A DNA stretch of 64,000 nucleotides from Eledone cirrhosa (lineage: Eukaryota). Positions 59,160-64,000 of this stretch are shown piece by piece. How positions within the stretch are numbered: position 1 is the stretch's first letter; each line of letters starts with the position of its first letter. Location of the stretch: contig OZ024745.1 of NCBI GenBank assembly GCA_964016885.1, positions 84,072,001 through 84,136,000 of the forward strand. The letters run 5' to 3'. The notes beneath the pieces were generated by a model. That model did not search any database. It had not been told where the DNA came from and was given only the letters and a program-made list of their open reading frames with translations. Position numbers and translations under genes: made by a program.

Positions 59160-59450
59160 CCAAATCCAGGGCCTTATCTCTCCTGGTAGACCTCCACCGC
59201 CTCCTATCTCTGGCCATACTGAGCCATGTGGAGCCGAGGTATCTGGTCAGGTCATCACACCATCTGGTTCTTCTTCACAGACTTGGTGTCCAGTCTGTCA
59301 CTCTAATAGTCCACCTCTTGTCTCTGAAAAGAGAGACGTGACCAGCCCTTCTATGTTTGCCCTTCTTGATGGTCTATATTATGCCCTCCTCGCCACTCTG
59401 CTATCGAATCCAGGTGTTGCTGTTCCTGCCATGTTGAAGGGAGTTTGTAC
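59160..59450 (-). pseudogene. RTE-like LINE 3' fragment
   Basis: NTWIR...AGHVS...RWTIRVTDWTP...RWCDDL...ARDRRRW. Confidence 0.7.
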
Positions 59451-60764
59451 AAGGATAGGTGTGAATAATGTAATACATCTAGATAGAGAATCTGCTGTTT
59501 CCATCAACTCACAGAGTCAAATTCCAGAGTTCAAATTTTTGATGATATAGGAAGTATCAAGAGCAGCGTTTCAATAACTCATGTTCATATTATTCCAGTG
59601 ACGATTTAATAACTCAAGATAACGTTCAATGATAAGCAGTCAGTTCATCTTTACACCCCTAATTTTCTCCCCAAGTGTTTTGGAACCAAGGCACCTGGCA
59701 TGAGGATCTTGTTGATAAAATCTTGGAGTGTAACGTTGTCTAGTAAAACTGAAAATTGTTGATGCTACTTGAGATTATCCAAACTACTTCTTAATTTGCT
59801 TGTTGGATACAAAAACCTTTCCGTAAGTTTGCCAGAGTTAGGATATTAGAAACCCTCTTCTTTTAAATCCTAGTAATGTTCCACGTAAGTGAACTATTTT
59901 CTTGGCAATTTTAATCTTTTTTTAGAATACCTGTCACCTAATGGCACGTACTTTATTCGATCCAAACCGTCTGTTCCATCGCAATTTGAAATGATGAAAC
60001 CTTTGTAGATGTTAGATATTTTTTTCATTGAATAGAATAACAATCGAGAAAGCCATGATCCGAGAGACGACTATCTTCAAATTTATTTTCCTATTTCTCC
60101 TACCCATTCACCCCTGTACGAATTTGCCCCATTTAGAGTAACCCTCGTATAAACGGCTACGCAGAAAAGCAATTCAAGCTCTTAGTCATTATTTATTCTA
60201 TATGAAATGAGAAACTTATTGAGATTCGATCTGTAGATGTTATCTAAATAGTATTTAATTCACCTGTCTCCATTTTATCATGTCAGGACAGAAACTTTTC
60301 CAAAATATTCACGTTTTCACGAAAATACTGTTTACGAAAGAACAGAAGAAATAATAGCTAGTAATGTATTATGTATGGACTGAAACAGCATAGTAATAAA
60401 TCTCAGATATGAAAGCATATTTATTATGTATGTGCAAAGCTCACATCACTTGCCTTGTTTCAGGAAAATAATTTTTTCTAATTATATAGTAATTGTTTTT
60501 AACAGTTGAAACCGTTCCACGATTTTATCTCTTCCTAGGTTCATCTAAACACATATATACAATCACTACAATAAATTTGATGATCAAATATGGAGGAGAA
60601 ATCATGGACACATAATTAACTCATGGTTATCTTTTGTTAGAAAATGTAGTCTCCAAATCGTAACGTAACGGATCAGATTTGATTTATTCTTTCTTATAAA
60701 ATGGACGTCTGGTACGTTGTGGACATGAGGAGAAGACAAACACATCAAACATTTAATTATATAT

Positions 60765-61120
60765 TTCAGCCGAATGGGGTTCCTCCGAAGGGTCTTACTC
60801 GATAGATTGCATAGTTCGGAGATCAGAAAGTTGCTGCAGCTAGAGCCGTGACTTCTCTGAATTGAGGGATCACAGCTCCGAAATTACGGGTTTGTGGTTA
60901 GAATATCTTAGGAAAGAATCGAGAGACAGATTTTACTGGCAAAAGCAACCGACATGAGACCCAGAGGGAGATCTCGAGCAAGATGGTTGGATAACATCCA
61001 TAAGCTCAGCTAGTCTGACTAGGGGATCCAGGTGAATCAATTAGAGATGGTTGCTTCTGACAAAACCCGCTAGAAGGAATGTTTGAAGACTCAGCTCCCA
61101 TAATCATCCGAAGAAAAAGA
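60765..61120 (+). pseudogene. RTE LINE 3' fragment (family of 7425-7810)
   Basis: Shares AAGATGGTTGGATAACATC and GGTTGCTTCTGACA with the reverse complement of 7500-7590. Confidence 0.75.
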
Positions 61121-62965
61121 GTATCCTCCGAAGAAAAAGAGTATCAGAGACTGCATTTTGTTGCCCTCGTTCTTATTGAAGGTCTTCTATTCTACGTTAT
61201 AAATCTGTGGTTATTTTTGGATTAGTGAAAGTTTCAGATCATTCCCATTATCAAATGAATGGTAAATATATCGTTGATGTTTTTGTTACTGCTACTAGCC
61301 CTTACTCAGCAGCATGTTATTCTTCTGATAAAACAAGTGATACTCTAAATTCTATTTCTTTTTTAGTAAAAATACTTTACTTTATTTCTCGTTCTTTTTG
61401 TTGCATTTTTTCGGGGGAAAGGGTTAAGAGAATTGAACCCTTGGCAATATCCTCATATTTTGGAAGAAATAAATACTTCCCTTTGAATTCTTTATGACCC
61501 GTCTTCAATAAAAAAAAAAAACACTGAAGAAAAGTAATAATTTTTTTTTTATAGAAGACAATTGTTTCTATTGTTTAAATGTTGAAATAAACTATTTGCT
61601 GTTGTTATTTTTGTTAGCGCTCAAGACTGCCTTCATCGAGCAGGCCTTCAAAGGGCCTATCAAAAGCATTCAAACCGTAATAAAATCATCTTTCTTTACA
61701 GAAATAATGTATCTAGAACAACATTATCAAATACGTCGTTTCTTTGTAAAACTGGCAGGGCATATTTTGAGAAAGATTTGGGAGTTATTTCTATCAGGTC
61801 GAGCCACTACATAAAGACTTCCTCATTTATGTTTGTAATATATGTACGATTGGTAATGCAATACATCTACCATAGTAGAAACATCCTAGTTTATACTCAG
61901 CTTCATTTGGTCAAGAACAGAGAGCTGGTAGCGGGAATCATTGCAACAATCAAAATACAGACGTGTGTAGTGGCAAATAAAACACAATCCGATTAACATT
62001 CCAGACTATTTATATCTATAGGTTTCTACTATAGCCAGCGTAGCTAGATTATAGGCTTTTGCTGTCCACACATATAATGGCTATTAATTCGTGTGACATT
62101 GTAAATTTCTAAACTGACATTAAAGATAGTAATCATATCCAAAGTGTTTGAAAGAATTGGTAGTATTCATGCTATAATATAATCAATTTTTTTATTTTGT
62201 TAATTATTAGAGAAAGGAGGGACAGCACTCATGGTATTCAGAAAGCACGCGCAGAATGGCGAAATTAAAACAGTTTTTGTCAAAAGTAGATCGTAAAGCA
62301 TCCTAGTTTCTGTCCTAGTTTCAGTGTAATGGCAATATATATAGGAGAATTGATATTTCTGATATTGAAGTTAAGAACAAATAGTAAAGCTAGTTTTTTT
62401 ATATATATCCTCTGGTGTATAGTGGTAATTAGCTTCCTATAAAACCTTGCCTTGTTAAATTTAGATTCGGGTTTTAATTCTGTTTCAGTATAAAACGTTG
62501 CCAATTCTTTGCAGGCACATCCATTTTAATCATGTAAACGAAAATCCAATAACGAGAATGTTTATGCTTCACAGGAGATTAATTTTAGTTGCATAATTTA
62601 TAGCTAGCTGATAATACCTGCCAGTAATTTGTGCTATTTGTTCTTAGCAATGAACATTTCACACCGTTTATACCAAATCATTTGTTGTTTGTATTTTTAA
62701 TTTATTTATTACATAAAAGCAACACATTCTTTTAGTGTCCGACAGGTCGATTGCGACAAATTTTAAATTGGCATGTAAGTGTTTCTCTTGTGTTTCCTAG
62801 CACATGTCAAACGCTAGCTGAGCAAAGATGTCAGCCGAATAAACATAAATGTAACCAGAATGGGTGTGTTGTTAAAATGTACGTTTCACATTAAATGGTT
62901 CCAGGTTCCACCCAACTGCGTGGCAGTATAGACAAAAATGTATATACATATACATACATACATAC

Positions 62966-64000
62966 AAACAATTACGCCAACAAGCGACGTTTGTTGAACG
63001 TAAAAATAAGATAAATAGTATTAATTGTAAGTCCCCCCCCCCCCCAACAAACATGTTATCAACAACACGTGCTACAGGTTGCCATGCTACTAGACTTCCT
63101 AGCAGCCAGGTCGAACAGTGCCTTGAAACAACTCTGCCTGTATGAAACTTGACACGACGTGTACCATCTAAGTCTACCTCTAAGACTGGGGAAAACACTA
63201 TCGATTATAATAATAATCGAAGAAATAATAATAATAATCGAAGAGTTTGACACCACGTGCACCATCCGAGTCTACCTCGACTGTTGTGGAAAATACTATC
63301 GATAATGATAATAATCAAAAGTATAAACAATTGAAAATTTCCCTCAACGAAATCTTCCAGAGAGAAATGAATTCATGTATAAATATCTCTCTTGCTGAAC
63401 GTATTAAAACGACAATATTTGATAAAAAAAACAAATAATGAAATATTACGTGTTATTAACGAAATAGGGGATGAATATTTACGATGGATAAAACGCCAAC
63501 ATTTTGGCAAATTGACGCCTGTTTATATGCATTAGCAACGACAGTGAAGCATTATCTTGGTGATAGCAGAGATATTAACAAGAACAGAACACCACCAAAA
63601 ATACCATCATATATAACTAAAATAGAAAAAAAGATTGCTGACCTACGAAAAAGCATAGGATATGTGACAATGCTCCTTACATGCAAACAAACACAAAAAA
63701 CCTCACTCCTCACCAACAAAGAGTAAAACATAAAATAGAGACGATGTTTGGTAACTGTAGAACCAGAACTCTTCAACATAAGCTGATCACCCTCAAACAA
63801 GAATTGAGAGCTGTTAGCGAAAAACGCCGATACCTGAAGAAGGTAGATGAGACAAAAGTACTTATTAAAAGATTCAGACGAAACCAGATATCAGTCTATA
63901 GAGATATTAAAAACAAAATAATAAGTGTCCCAGAAAGACAGATTCCTTTTGGAGCAAAATATGGGGTGAAAAGAAGAATTTCAACCAAGATGCAGTGTGG
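62966..64000 (+). mobile_element. 5' part of a degenerate R4/Dong-like LINE, running off the window
   Basis: TFWQIDACLYA...KIEKKIADLR...LKQELRA...FWSKIWG resembles the R4-clade pre-RT region; begins after (TACA)n. Confidence 0.6.

Overview
Repeat-saturated, AT-rich eukaryotic DNA, probably intergenic or intronic. The SINE families and extreme microsatellite load suggest a coleoid cephalopod such as Octopus (inference). I found no host protein-coding gene I can support; the long [12 protein letters not shown] ORFs are microsatellite artefacts. All recognisable coding sequence is from retroelements: an RTE LINE (APE plus partial RT, 16.35-18.47 kb), R4/Dong-type RT-RLE LINEs (18.7-20.8, 43.3 and 63-64 kb), CR1/RTE relics, and many Penelope-like elements (PLEs), including a near-intact 902-aa RT/GIY-YIG ORF at 26.5-29.2 kb. 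There are also hAT-like MITEs, a non-autonomous Helitron, SINEs and a 1.2-kb local duplication. The most striking signal is a dense set of PLE termini and small non-coding derivatives sitting in (TA)n tracts. Most are fold-back insertions with both 3' ends pointing outward. Many carry type-I hammerhead ribozyme motifs, including U3-A8 core variants, a ~90-nt stem II, and an extra helix at the cleavage site. All alignments and folds were done by eye, so boundaries are approximate.
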